Below are positions 28,843-39,461 of a stretch of DNA of 64,000 bases, piece after piece. Numbering within the stretch: the stretch's first letter is position 1; every line of letters starts with the position of its first letter. The stretch spans positions 640,001 to 704,000 of the forward strand of contig OY821645.1 in the NCBI GenBank assembly GCA_963682135.1. The letters run 5' to 3'. Both the position numbers and the translations under genes were made by a program. Under the pieces are notes generated by a model that worked only from the letters and a program-made list of their open reading frames with translations, did no database searches and was not told the origin of the DNA. This DNA comes from Methanothrix sp. (GTDB lineage Archaea > Halobacteriota > Methanosarcinia > Methanotrichales > Methanotrichaceae).

Positions 28843-29743
28843 GGCTTCCCATCAGGCAGATATTGGCCGATTGCATAAAGGAAGTCCGGCTGAGGTGGCC
28901 AATAAAGAGCAGGAAACCATCGACCATCCTTACCAAAGTTACCGGAACCGGGAAGTAGCCGTTAAAACCGGTCTGGGCCTTTTGCTGATACTGTCCATGA
29001 GCTTTATAGCTCTGCCCGTAATGGCGCTCTTCCTCAAGAGCCCCCTGGACACTATCCTCAGATCTCTGCACGATCCGATGGTGATGGATGCGCTTTGCCT
29101 CAGTCTCATGACCTCGACCATAACCACCATCACGGTCGTAATCATGGGCACACCTATCGCCTATGTCAGCGCTCGCTTTAATTATTTCGGAAAGGAGCTG
29201 GCCGACTCCCTGATCGATCTGCCTGTAATCATGCCTCCGGCGGTGGCCGGAATTGCTCTGCTTATGGCTTTTGGCAGAATGGGAATTGTAGGCCGGCCTC
29301 TCAATGCCCTGGGAATCAGCATAGCTTTTACAACTCTGGCGGTAATCATAGCTCAGACCTTTGTCTCCTCGCCCTTTTACATTCGCCAGGCCAGGACGAG
29401 CTTTGAGGATGTGGATCTGGCCTTCGAGAATGCGGCCCGCACTTTAGGAGCTTCCCGGTTTTACACCTTCTTTCATGTTATCCTGCCCATAGCCATGAAC
29501 GGTCTCATCTCCGGGGCTATCATGGCCTTTGCCCGCTCGCTGGGCGAGTTCGGAGCTACCATCATGTTTGCGGGAAACTTCCAGGGACGCACCCAGACCA
29601 TGCCTCTGGCCGTTTATACCGCCATGCAAGGAGATCTGGACGTATCGCTATGCTTGGCCATAATCCTGGTGGTCATCTCCTTTTTGGTCATAGCTCTGGT
29701 GAAGATCCTGACAAGGCGAGTGTACAAAAATTTTAAAAATTAA
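28841..29743 (+). CDS. modB: Molybdate ABC transporter permease
   Basis: LPVIMPPAVAG, ENAARTLGA, ARSLGEFGAT. Confidence 0.93.
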   Translation: MASHQADIGRLHKGSPAEVANKEQETIDHPYQSYRNREVAVKTGLGLLLILSMSFIALPVMALFLKSPLDTILRSLHDPMVMDALCLSLMTSTITTITVVIMGTPIAYVSARFNYFGKELADSLIDLPVIMPPAVAGIALLMAFGRMGIVGRPLNALGISIAFTTLAVIIAQTFVSSPFYIRQARTSFEDVDLAFENAARTLGASRFYTFFHVILPIAMNGLISGAIMAFARSLGEFGATIMFAGNFQGRTQTMPLAVYTAMQGDLDVSLCLAIILVVISFLVIALVKILTRRVYKNFKN

Positions 29744-29764
29744 AATCGATAAGAGGAGTAGCAT

Positions 29765-30814
29765 ATGATAGAAAATGATACTGACATATTTACTGAAATG
29801 TCTGGAATTCTGCCCTATCAGGAGCTTGTAGATCAGGTATGGCAGAAGAATCTCTGTTCAGGCTGCAGGGGCTGCATCGCTGTCTGTCTGGCCGGTACTC
29901 TTGGATATGACCAAAATCTCTGCAGACCCTATCAGATAAATCCCTGTGTAGAGTGCAAAGCATGTCTTGATGCCTGCCCGCGCTTGAAGGAAAATGCCGG
30001 GAAAATTGCCTCTTCAAATGTCCTGGGAAATTATCTGGAAATCAAGAATGTGAGGTCAAAGACAGGCAGCGAGCACTTCCAGAATGGAGGAGCAGCTACT
30101 GCATTGCTGGCTGTGGCTCTGGAGGAAGAGCTTGTGGATTGTGCTCTGGTCATGGGACTGGATCGATGGACTCAGAAGCCATATCCGCGCATAGTCTATC
30201 AGGCGAAGGATCTGGAAAGGTCTGCAGGAAGCAAGTACACGAGCAATGCAATTTTAGAGTCCATGAAGGATCTGGTAAAAGACCCGGGCATAAAAAATGT
30301 GGCACTGGTAGGCTCTGCTTGCACCGTCCAGGCGGTAGGACTTCTTTGCCGATCACAAAATGAATATGCTATGAAGTTGGCGCAAAAGGTGAGGTTCCTT
30401 TTGGGTCTGTTCTGCTTCGAGGCTTTTGATGATTCCATGATTGCTGAGATCACCAGGTGCATCGGTGAGCCGTCCTGGCGCATAAGCAAAATCAGTGCAA
30501 GTGAAGGACAGATGAGGATCACACTTCGAGATCAAAGTGTGAGGTGTATTCCCCTTCGAGATCTGGCGAGATTCGTACGTCCAGGATGCAAAGTCTGTAC
30601 AGACTTCACCGCTAACCTATCTGATATCTCAGTGGGTGGGGTTGGAAGCGCGCCGGGAATGAGCTGCGTCATCATCAGGACACAGAAAGGATTGGGTCTC
30701 TTCAAGATAGCCGAAGAGATGGGCTTTCTGGAAGCCTGGGATGGGGTAAACGTTGAGGCCATAGAAAAAATTGGCAGGCTGAAGCAAAAGAGAATCTTAT
30801 CAGAAGGCGCTTGA
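29765..30814 (+). CDS. Coenzyme F420 hydrogenase/dehydrogenase beta-subunit family protein (FrhB/FdhB-like)
   Basis: Two CxxCxxCxxxC motifs, QNGG, GSKY, GLFC, CKVCTDF, DISVG. Confidence 0.9.
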   Translation: MIENDTDIFTEMSGILPYQELVDQVWQKNLCSGCRGCIAVCLAGTLGYDQNLCRPYQINPCVECKACLDACPRLKENAGKIASSNVLGNYLEIKNVRSKTGSEHFQNGGAATALLAVALEEELVDCALVMGLDRWTQKPYPRIVYQAKDLERSAGSKYTSNAILESMKDLVKDPGIKNVALVGSACTVQAVGLLCRSQNEYAMKLAQKVRFLLGLFCFEAFDDSMIAEITRCIGEPSWRISKISASEGQMRITLRDQSVRCIPLRDLARFVRPGCKVCTDFTANLSDISVGGVGSAPGMSCVIIRTQKGLGLFKIAEEMGFLEAWDGVNVEAIEKIGRLKQKRILSEGA

Positions 30815-30895
30815 AGCCTGTCTGCGTGAAAGTGCAAGTAAACGAAGAAGAAGTCCGGGACTTCGAGAAGGACTTATCCGGAAAAATCAAACTTA

Positions 30896-30940
30896 TTGCG
30901 GCCACCCCACCCTAATGGATGGGGTATGCTTCGGGCCGCA
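30896..30940. repeat. IS200/IS605-end-like hairpin
   Basis: CACCCCACCCTAATGGATGGGGTATGC. Confidence 0.5.
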
Positions 30941-31017
30941 CTCCCTCACGCCAGGTTTTATAGAATCCAGAAATCGTCGAGTCGTCGTTGCCCAGATCTC
31001 CTGACCGGAATAGTGAC

Positions 31018-33402
31018 CTATTGGAGTCCATCTGGCTTTTGGATGCTTCTCTCTTCAGACGACGAAGCGGAAAACGTGGTATGAGTATTTCGCCATAGAG
31101 CATGATCGGTTCCTACGACGAAGGCTTGTGTGTTACCAACGATTATTGCCCCTGATGTATATGTCAAAATCGCTCCGCCCATGCTTTGCCACTGATTTCC
31201 GTTTGGATTCCATGGATTGGTGCTGAATATATTCTCCCACAGTGCCGAATTGCCGCCGCGGACAAAGACATGTATTTTGTTGGCAGATGTATCTGCAATT
31301 GCATCCGGATCTGAGGTAATTACTCCCCCAAGTCCATACCAACTGCCTATCTCAGGTTCGCTGGCAGAGTTTACATCGCATATCCATATGGCATTGTCAC
31401 TACCCTTTACAATTACAACGACATGAGCATCAACTCCGGGTTCGATTGTAGCTACCGGACCGTTTGCCAAAATACCTCCCAAGTAGCTCCAAGTACGCGT
31501 ATACGCGGATTCACTCCACACTCCTTTTTTGTCCCACAATGCGTTATCGCCTCCTCGGACAAAGATGTGCTCTTTACCGGAAGGATCAAACAGTATGTAA
31601 GGACGTGATGTAAGGAAGCCGCCTTGAGATGCCCAGGCAAAAGTCTCAGTATTGATATCGAATTCGCAAGTCCATAGAGCATTATCACCCCCAATAACCG
31701 CTACTCTGAGGATATTGCAGTTTGCCGGGTCTATTGCCGCAGTGAGGCCATTCGTGATGTAGCCACCCAGATTTTTCCATTGTCCAGAGGAGGTAGTCGA
31801 ATCATAGATGAAGTCCCAAACACCATTGTCTCCCCCGCGAACCAAGACATGTATCTTGCCATTGCAGTCTTTTGCTGTGAAGGGATCTGATGTTAGAAAA
31901 CCTCCTTTGCCTTGCCAAGATCCATCTATGTTGACCCATAGCGCATTGTCCCCGCCTTTCACCCAGACTTCGGTCTTGCCTTGGTTGTCTATAATCACGC
32001 TTGGACTACTTGTGATATAACCACCAAGAAGATTCCAGCCGGAGACGGGGGGGGTGTTGGTGGTGAACGTTGCAGTGCTGCCAGCCCAGCCTGTCCCGGC
32101 AGAGTTGGTTGCATAGCACCTGTAGTAATACATTGTTGCAGGGGTCAATGAACTAAGATCCCGATAATACGTTCCCACGCCCTGCACACCCAGATTTTCG
32201 TTATGCTGCCATGAACTCGGGTTTGTGCCGGCATCGCTGGTTCCCCAGCATATATGCAACTCAGGATTTGCGTTACCGGTGTTTGTTATCTGTGCACCTA
32301 CCGTGGCTATAGTGTTCCCGATACCGCAGGCAAGTACATTATTGACTGTGGGCAAAACGGAGTGTGACTCTATCCATCTGTGATACGCCACATTTAGCAG
32401 CGTGACAAACTCTCCGGTTGCCTTAAGGTTTCCGGCCCGGCCAGGGTGATCATCCCCTGTCGGATAAGACAGTACATTGTGAGATGGATTGCCATCGAAG
32501 CTGTGCTGAATTGCTCCCTCCCATAGGCGGTGGTGGTTGCCGGTTGTCCAGCCCAGATCGTTCACGCTGGGACTTCCACCGTTAGTTGTCAGGACGTTAT
32601 AGAAATCAAATACGAATACGTTGCTATAAGGATAGCCATTAAGCCAGTCATTTATAAGCCATTGATTAAATGCACGGGCGTTGCCGGAATATTCAAGATT
32701 GCTAAGTGGTGGCGCAGTTATTACTATGAAAAGCTTCTCCTGGTGACTGCTAAAGTATTCCAAAATGTCTATATAAATGCCTTTGGCATTGGCAACGGTA
32801 TGATACTCAGACCCACTGTCCTGTCCGCGCAGAGGATTGCTTGCTATTGGTGGCACAGGATCACTTGGATTTCCAAGAAGCGCAGAGTTGGGGAAACATG
32901 ATTTGAACATTACGATCTCGTTCTGGCCACCTGGGTTGATAGGAAGTCTAGAATATTCACAATGCTGGCCGCTCTCAGCATATAACGCATTCATATATTC
33001 GTTGCTGTCAGGCCCTCGAAACCACAGCCACCAATGGCCAACGTCTGTGTGATCTCCAATGCTGTCCGGTCCCCACCCGTAGTTAGTATCACTTAAGAAG
33101 TAGTTATTATCACGTAGCGACAGACCGAGGGCCCCATTGTAGTCATTGAGCCAGTTCTCACCGGTCGAGTGGTGTATAAAGATCAGACGAACAGGCTCTG
33201 TGGGTGGGCTTGGATTTATCTGTACGTCCCTGAAATTCTTGCCGGTCACATCCGAATTTGAGATAGCAGTCGCAAGTGTTCCATTTTCAAGAGCTGCATC
33301 GGCTGCACAATAGCTCTGTGCCGCTAAGATCGAACAGAAGATGAACACATATGATATAAATGATAATGCAGTTCGCATTTTCATTCTTTTAAGGATATAC
33401 AT
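31018..33402 (-). CDS. Secreted multidomain protein: hydrolase-like N-domain, FnIII-like domain, lectin-like beta-propeller repeats
   Basis: Signal peptide; IFIHHSTG, MFKSCFPNS; LTPATMYYYRCYATNSAG; repeated W..LGG..TS.P...V.GGDNALW. Confidence 0.8.
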   Translation of the reverse strand: MYILKRMKMRTALSFISYVFIFCSILAAQSYCAADAALENGTLATAISNSDVTGKNFRDVQINPSPPTEPVRLIFIHHSTGENWLNDYNGALGLSLRDNNYFLSDTNYGWGPDSIGDHTDVGHWWLWFRGPDSNEYMNALYAESGQHCEYSRLPINPGGQNEIVMFKSCFPNSALLGNPSDPVPPIASNPLRGQDSGSEYHTVANAKGIYIDILEYFSSHQEKLFIVITAPPLSNLEYSGNARAFNQWLINDWLNGYPYSNVFVFDFYNVLTTNGGSPSVNDLGWTTGNHHRLWEGAIQHSFDGNPSHNVLSYPTGDDHPGRAGNLKATGEFVTLLNVAYHRWIESHSVLPTVNNVLACGIGNTIATVGAQITNTGNANPELHICWGTSDAGTNPSSWQHNENLGVQGVGTYYRDLSSLTPATMYYYRCYATNSAGTGWAGSTATFTTNTPPVSGWNLLGGYITSSPSVIIDNQGKTEVWVKGGDNALWVNIDGSWQGKGGFLTSDPFTAKDCNGKIHVLVRGGDNGVWDFIYDSTTSSGQWKNLGGYITNGLTAAIDPANCNILRVAVIGGDNALWTCEFDINTETFAWASQGGFLTSRPYILFDPSGKEHIFVRGGDNALWDKKGVWSESAYTRTWSYLGGILANGPVATIEPGVDAHVVVIVKGSDNAIWICDVNSASEPEIGSWYGLGGVITSDPDAIADTSANKIHVFVRGGNSALWENIFSTNPWNPNGNQWQSMGGAILTYTSGAIIVGNTQAFVVGTDHALWRNTHTTFSASSSEERSIQKPDGLQ

Positions 33403-33469
33403 AATAGAATCATTTACAGTCTAAATATATAAACTTTTCATCATATTGAACCAACTAACGGGTCCTCGA

Positions 33470-33510
33470 AGCAGGAAGCCCCATTCTTTAGGTTGGGGAG
33501 TAAGTTACAT
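33470..33510 (+). mobile_element. Orphan IS200/IS605-type right-end remnant
   Basis: GAAGCCCCATTCTTTAGGTTGGGGAGTAAGTTAC. Confidence 0.55.
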
Positions 33511-33542
33511 AATTATGTAACAACAATAGGCGACTAGATAAC

Positions 33543-34019
33543 ATGGATATCATCATGCGTGCGGCGATAGAAGAAGCCCTTAAGGGATTGAAAGAGGGTG
33601 GAGTTCCCATAGGCGCTGTATTGGTCGAGGACGGGAAGATCATAGGAAGAGGACGAAACAAGAGAGTGCAACAGGGAGATCAACTCATGCATGCGGAGAT
33701 TGATTGTTTGCGCAATGCCAGGCTCACGGGCGGCTACCACAATACGATCCTCTATTCCACGCTCATGCCCTGCTACCTTTGTGCCGGGGCGATCGTCCAG
33801 TTCGGGATAAAAAAGGTCGTAGTTGGAGAATCCAATAGCGCACCAGAAGCCAGTGATTTCATGAAATCTCATGGCATAGAGGTGGTAAACTTGGACTTGA
33901 AAGAGTGCAGGGAACTGATGGAGAGATATATAAGCGAGAACCGAACGCTTTGGAATGAGTTCCTATCAGAGCTAAATCCCGATCTTCTAATGCCATCTGG
34001 AGTGAAGTCAAAATCCTAG
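33543..34019 (+). CDS. Cytosine/nucleoside deaminase (CDA fold)
   Basis: EGGVPIGA, HAE, PCYLC. Confidence 0.92.
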   Translation: MDIIMRAAIEEALKGLKEGGVPIGAVLVEDGKIIGRGRNKRVQQGDQLMHAEIDCLRNARLTGGYHNTILYSTLMPCYLCAGAIVQFGIKKVVVGESNSAPEASDFMKSHGIEVVNLDLKECRELMERYISENRTLWNEFLSELNPDLLMPSGVKSKS

Positions 34020-34159
34020 TGCATGATATGAAAAAGACCATCGATATTCTGGCCGTGACTATAGCCGTCAGACACATTATCGCCCGAAGGCGGCAGACTT
34101 TTCTCTCCGTCTTGGCTGTAGCCCTGGCTGTGAGCATCTCGGTCATCTTCACCTCACTA

Positions 34160-35413
34160 GTATTACAGTTCTAAATTAACATATCAATACTCCGCCGTCC
34201 TTGTCAGCAACAATCCCGCCAGCCATTTTATCCATTTTGTACTTCCATTTAAATATTGTTGGAGTTTCATTCATGTCGTCTATATATTGACTCATGCGAT
34301 CTTTCAACTCTTTTTTGGATGATACACGAATCCCTCTCAGCATGCTTCGAGTCATTTTGCTGAATAGGCTCTCGATTATGTTTAGCCATGAGGCATGTTT
34401 TGGTGTAAAGACAAAATGAAAGCGTTGCGGAACTGTTTTGAGATATCTCCTGGTTTCCTTAGATGTGTGTACGCGAACATTATCAAGAATAATAATTATT
34501 TTTATATCTTTCAGATAGGCTGAATCGACGCATTTTAAGAATTCAATGAACTCCCTACTTCTATGCCTGTCGAATATCTTATAATGGACAGTCCCGGTTA
34601 AGAGATCAATCCCTGCAAGTAGGGATATTGTTCCGTGCCTTATATATTCATAGTCGCGAGAAAGCGTGGCATATTCACCTGACTCAGGCATTAAATCGGG
34701 ATATTTATTTTCAATAGCTTGAATTCCTGGCTTCTCATCGTATGAAATGATAACCATGTCGAGCGGCTTATTTTCTTTGGACATCTGTTGAAGCAATTCT
34801 ACCTGCTTGTAGGTATGTAGTACAACCACGCTCTTCGGCTCAAATTCCGGATCGATTGGAGCAAGGTATGATGAAATTTTATGAGGCTTTACGTTGCTAG
34901 CGCCAAGTATTTTTGAGACGGTTCCGCGAGATAACTTTGATAATTCTGGAAACCCATTATTTAAACAATGGTTCCGAATATGTTCTGCTAATAAACTTTG
35001 TGTCCATAATTCATATGAATATCCAAGGTCTAGTGGTTTTGAGCAAGCAAGAGACAGAATCCATGTTCTTGCGCCTGAGGATATTTTTCGTGGTCTGCCA
35101 CTTCTTGGAAGATCTTCCAATGCTGCATATATTCCATAGGCGAAGGCTTTGTCAATCGTACGCTCAATTTTAGGCCGATTGGTTTCTAAGTCTCGTGCAA
35201 TTTGCGAAATTGATTTGCCCTCATAATACTCAAGAAGGATTTTGGAATGATCTACTGCTCTTTCAGGGAGCGTTCTTGACTTGCTAGCTTTATTAAGGCA
35301 CTCAAGCTCTTCTTCAGTTAATTGCAGAGCAGGCCGCTTACTCACAAATGGCATGATCTCTGATTGAGTTCCAAGTATTAATATATTGCTATGTTATTTT
35401 GGAAGCTAAACAC
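34160..35413 (-). mobile_element. IS630-family insertion sequence
   Basis: TA duplication in a CTAG target (34158-34159, 35414-35415); imperfect IRs GTATTACAGTTCTAAATTAACATA / GTGTTTAGCTTCCAAAATAACATA. Confidence 0.9.
34176..35354 (-). CDS. IS630 transposase
   Basis: RSGRPR, DEKPGIQ, EYIRHGT, LDN..H, HASWLNIIE. Confidence 0.93.
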   Translation of the reverse strand: MPFVSKRPALQLTEEELECLNKASKSRTLPERAVDHSKILLEYYEGKSISQIARDLETNRPKIERTIDKAFAYGIYAALEDLPRSGRPRKISSGARTWILSLACSKPLDLGYSYELWTQSLLAEHIRNHCLNNGFPELSKLSRGTVSKILGASNVKPHKISSYLAPIDPEFEPKSVVVLHTYKQVELLQQMSKENKPLDMVIISYDEKPGIQAIENKYPDLMPESGEYATLSRDYEYIRHGTISLLAGIDLLTGTVHYKIFDRHRSREFIEFLKCVDSAYLKDIKIIIILDNVRVHTSKETRRYLKTVPQRFHFVFTPKHASWLNIIESLFSKMTRSMLRGIRVSSKKELKDRMSQYIDDMNETPTIFKWKYKMDKMAGGIVADKDGGVLIC

Positions 35414-36140
35414 TAGTCACCGGCCAGCAGCAGATCCTCACGGGCCTCGTGGAAGAGAAGCTTCCCCATGTTGTAGTCAAGCCGCAGCCGGGCGAGGACT
35501 TCATTCACCTTTATAAGAGCCTGCTGAATAGGATCAGGACCCTGCCGGGCATAAAATCCAGTGCGCCGTCCCTCTCATCCACAGCCACGTTATCCCGCAA
35601 AGACAAGACAAAAAACGCTCCGCTGAAGGGGTAAGACCCCCAGGAAATGGAAAGGATCTACAAGATAGGCGAAACAATGGTACAGGGTGATTTAGGCAGC
35701 ATTCAGCAGATTGAATATCAGGGATATCTTTCTGGTGGAGAGCGCCATCCTCGGTTTTATGGGTGCTGTAGCAGGGACTGCTCCAGGCCTGGCGGACGTG
35801 CTGCTTCTTGGAAATGCTCCCTTTGAGATCGCAGCCGGAGGCAGTGAGATTACCACTCTGCCCCTCATCATAAACCCCTGAGAGATCTTCTTGCTCGTCT
35901 TTTGGGCGGTAGCTTTGAGCATAGTGGCGGCCGTCTATCCGGCAAGAAAAGCATCCCGGCTCGATCCGGTCATGGCCTTGCGAGACGGTTGAAGGCGGAG
36001 GATATGTTCGAGGATCTTTTCCAGGCAATCCAGGTTTTTGGCGACAGTCTTGATAAGCCTCTCCTCCGAATAAGATGCGAGACAAAAGGTATGGCTGGGC
36101 GTGCAGACCAAATCCAGAGCGATGGTAGGATAGCCAATCA

Positions 36141-37160
36141 TCATGATCTTTGAATCCCTCTGGCGGACTCTCTTCCTTCAAAAAGCTCCGAGCCAGACCA
36201 TTCGCATTGAGTGTCCCGGCACAGCTCAATCAGCTCCTCAGGAAAAGGCGCAAAGATGGTCTGATTCCTCAAGTACTCTGCCCCAAAACGAGCTATCCAG
36301 CTCTGCAATACAGCCAGGAGGGCGCTGAAAGGAAGCCTTTTTTCCTTAAATCGCTCTATGTTCCTGAGAAAATTGGCTTTCTCGTCAATAGACAGCTCCT
36401 CGGAGAAGTATCCCAGAGAATGATTGAGCATATTTGCCTTCGAGGTATATCGGGGAGGGCTCTTGAGGGCTTCTGCCAGATGCATTCGATACAGTTTGGC
36501 TTGATCTGCAAAATCTAGGCTCTCGCGATTGGACACTATATTTCCCAAGATCTTGGCCTCCTTCTGGCTATGAGCGGCAAGAAGCAGCTTATTTTCGGTA
36601 TGGAATTGGATTAGATCAGAGACCGACCTGCGGTTCTGCATTTCTCTGAAGCTTGACAGAGCATAAAGCTTGGTCAGGAAGTGCTCTCTGATGTTGAAAT
36701 TTCGGAGCCGCCCTTCATCCTCGATGGCCAGATCGGGAAAGGACTTGACCACGGCTCCTCCAAAGAAGCCCGCGGTCTTGGATACGGCTGTTGACTTTGC
36801 AGAGCCTGAATAGACCTTGATATCCTTCATGCCGCAGGAAGGAGAGCGATACTTGAGGATGAATCCGTCCACCTCCTGCAAAGAAGCCAGGAAGCTGCTT
36901 GAAAAGTCCCCCATTTTGTCCGTTACATCCAGGCCGGTGGCCGGCTGGACCAGCCTATGTTCTCCCTTAATCGATACGATCCTTATGGAGTCTCTGGGCA
37001 CTCCGAGGCCTATCTCCATCTCCGCGCAGACCGGGATGAAGTCAACATGAGGCTCTAACGCCTTGACAAAATCGCTGGGAATCATGCTGCCGTCATATCG
37101 GCATTTAGCAACTTCGATGCACTTGCTCAACACCACCTTAGGCCTGGCGAATGATCTCAT
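36141..37160 (-). CDS. DUF523 (TudS-like) + DUF1722 (YbgA) protein
   Basis: SKC...[32 protein letters not shown]. Confidence 0.9.
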   Translation of the reverse strand: MRSFARPKVVLSKCIEVAKCRYDGSMIPSDFVKALEPHVDFIPVCAEMEIGLGVPRDSIRIVSIKGEHRLVQPATGLDVTDKMGDFSSSFLASLQEVDGFILKYRSPSCGMKDIKVYSGSAKSTAVSKTAGFFGGAVVKSFPDLAIEDEGRLRNFNIREHFLTKLYALSSFREMQNRRSVSDLIQFHTENKLLLAAHSQKEAKILGNIVSNRESLDFADQAKLYRMHLAEALKSPPRYTSKANMLNHSLGYFSEELSIDEKANFLRNIERFKEKRLPFSALLAVLQSWIARFGAEYLRNQTIFAPFPEELIELCRDTQCEWSGSELFEGRESARGIQRS

Positions 37161-37357
37161 AAGGATATACTGTGGAGCCGCTCTCTATAATAATTGTCGC
37201 TGATTCGCAAGGGGCATTTCTCAAAATCATGAAAGGAGTCGCTGCAGCATCAAGCTGCATTGTATTCATCGCAACCATGATCTGAATTCATGAACCGAAA
37301 TTTCCTGGACCATAAAAGATAAGTTAAATAGGCAAAAAGAGGATAGGTTGTTTAAGA

Positions 37358-38401
37358 TTGGTGTTGAGGAGATGGTCTAAAGTGAGCGATAAATTAGCAG
37401 CATGGAATATACGAGAATCTGACTTCCCGATAGCTGGACCCATGTCAGATCAGCTCAAGTTCTTGCTCAATTATGCGGTTCTGGCTCCTTCCGGGCCCAA
37501 TACCCAGCCCTGGAAGTTCTCGATCAAAGATAATGAGATATCCTTGATAGCTGACTTCAGCCGGGCTTTGCCTTCCTTGGATCCTTCGGACAGGACTCTT
37601 TACATAAGTCATGGCTGCGTTCTCACAAATCTTCTCCTGGCAGCCGAACACTTTGGCTTTGCATATGATGTGTTATGCCTGCCCGATGGCACCTCCGGGG
37701 AGAGAACCGCAACCGTGCGATTATCCAAGAAGGCATCAAGCCCGAGGTTTCCGGACCTGTTCGGGGAGATTATCAGACGTCATACAAACCGAAAGAGCTT
37801 TGAGAAGAGGGCCATAGAGGGCGAGAAGCTTCAAAAATTAAAGGATTGCGTCAACAGAGATGGCTTTCGGCTGGATATCCTGACCAGTGATGAAGACAAG
37901 GCCAGGATGGCAGAGCTCCTGGCCAGGTCCCAGAAGATGCAGCTGGGAAATAAGGCATTCCGAAAAGAGCTGGCGTACTGGATTAGGCCGAACAACGCTG
38001 ATGAGAAGGATGGGCTGCCGGGCTACTCCTTTGGCTATTCGGATTTCGAGTCTTTCTTCGGCTCATTCATCTTCGGCGCTTTTGACATGTCTTCCTCCCG
38101 TGCAAGGGTAGAGACCGCCAATATGAACGCCTCGCCTGCTGTGGCGGTGCTATCCACAGAGAGCGATGACAAATTGACCTGGATCAAGACAGGGATTATC
38201 TTCGAGACGTTATTCCTGTTGGCTACCCAGATGGATGTCAGGTTTGACCTCTTCAGCCAGCCCACAGCACTCCCTGAGCTGAGAATGGAGATGGCGCATA
38301 TATTGAATGCGAAGTATCCTCAGATACTCATTCGCATGGGATACGCCGAGCCTGCCAAACACACTCCCCGAAGGCCCGCAAAAGAGGTGCTGATCTCTTG
38401 A
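37358..38401 (+). CDS. Acg-family FMN-binding nitroreductase
   Basis: LAPSGPNTQPW, RRHTNR, RMGY...TPRR. Confidence 0.9.
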   Translation: MVLRRWSKVSDKLAAWNIRESDFPIAGPMSDQLKFLLNYAVLAPSGPNTQPWKFSIKDNEISLIADFSRALPSLDPSDRTLYISHGCVLTNLLLAAEHFGFAYDVLCLPDGTSGERTATVRLSKKASSPRFPDLFGEIIRRHTNRKSFEKRAIEGEKLQKLKDCVNRDGFRLDILTSDEDKARMAELLARSQKMQLGNKAFRKELAYWIRPNNADEKDGLPGYSFGYSDFESFFGSFIFGAFDMSSSRARVETANMNASPAVAVLSTESDDKLTWIKTGIIFETLFLLATQMDVRFDLFSQPTALPELRMEMAHILNAKYPQILIRMGYAEPAKHTPRRPAKEVLIS

Positions 38402-38612
38402 AGACACGGATTTAGGAAGTGCCGGAGCTGGCTCCCAGAGTCCGCTAAATTCCAGCCCTGGAAAACTGAAGAAAGACGACTGCGCCGTCATGAGATCGAT
38501 CAACACCCTGAAGCTTTGCATCTCCTGTGAAAGTACCGGCCCCAGCTTGAGCTTGCCGGCCACCTGATGCAAGCGAAGGCCTAAATATTGATCTCAATAG
38601 CAAAAAATTACT

Positions 38613-38640
38613 AAAAATATACACTGAGGGTGAGACTTCA
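38613..38640. repeat. Degenerate copy of the tRNA-Ser 3' end (att-like)
   Basis: AAAAATAT-ACACTGAGGGTGAGACTTCA vs AAAAATATCACGCTGAGGGTGAGATTTGA at 42178-42206; 12-bp exact core 38624-38635 = 42190-42201. Confidence 0.65.
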
Positions 38641-38717
38641 GCCTATTTTTACCGGTAAAAATGCTCGATTTTTCCACAAATTGAAACCATTTTATGCAGA
38701 GCGAAGTGCACGATTCG

Positions 38718-39095
38718 TCACTTTCTTTTTCTAAATAATTTTAGGAAGGCTGCATACTCTTCTGGCGTGATCCCCGCGTTTTCTAGAGATTCGATTGTGC
38801 GAGAATCGGTCAACAGGACATCAATGATTTTAGGGGTCTCTGCATAAGCTTTATCATGGTGATCAAAATTAATCAATAAAATTGTATCTTTAATTATTAC
38901 ATATATAATAACAAAGGGATCAAGATGCTCGCTCCACAATCCTTTGAGTACATAGCGCTTAGGTTCTCCAATATCCGGATTGATGCTGATCTCCTGGAGC
39001 TTCCGGATAATCCTTTCTTTTAATAATCCATCTTTTTTGGTTAGCTTTTTAAATTTTTTATCAAAATAGTATGTCGCTAAGGTCTGGTAGGCCAT
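38718..39095 (-). CDS. RelE/ParE-family toxin with C-terminal extension
   Basis: FDKKFKKL...NPDIGEPKRYVLKGLWSEH...FDHHDKAY. Confidence 0.8.
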   Translation of the reverse strand: MAYQTLATYYFDKKFKKLTKKDGLLKERIIRKLQEISINPDIGEPKRYVLKGLWSEHLDPFVIIYVIIKDTILLINFDHHDKAYAETPKIIDVLLTDSRTIESLENAGITPEEYAAFLKLFRKRK

Positions 39096-39101
39096 AACGA
39101 T

Positions 39102-39287
39102 CTACAGGTTGCGGAAATGCTCTGCCAACTCTTCAGGAGTCTTGAGGCGCGTGAATCGGCCTTCTTTAAAGTCATGGAGCCCTTTGATTATGCCTTCTGC
39201 AAAGCTATCCTCTTTTGTTTCTGTGTGGTGGGCCTCTTTGGCATCCTCTATGACAGCTTCGCTGGTTGCTCCGGCCATGATAGGCAC
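39102..39287 (-). CDS. Putative antitoxin
   Basis: Small acidic ORF upstream of the toxin; GLHDFKEGRF motif. Confidence 0.7.
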   Translation of the reverse strand: MPIMAGATSEAVIEDAKEAHHTETKEDSFAEGIIKGLHDFKEGRFTRLKTPEELAEHFRNL

Positions 39288-39461
39288 TTCTCGCTGCTGA
39301 GGTATAAGGATTGCGAAAGGCGGCTTGAAAAAGCTATTTCAAAGACAGAAAATCTATTCCGGATTGATCTTGGCGACATCATCAAGCATTGCCCATGACA
39401 TCGATCCAGCGAACCGTTATCACCTTTCTGTGAGATACTGCTCCATATCAGCCGGAATTAG

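Larger units (their letters stand above)
34028..35992 (+). pseudogene. LolE/MacB-type ABC permease, interrupted by IS630 and further decayed
   Basis: RHIIARRRQTFLS...FTSL|VTGQQQ rejoins in frame across the IS; stop at 35632; C-terminus [18 protein letters not shown]. Confidence 0.85.
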
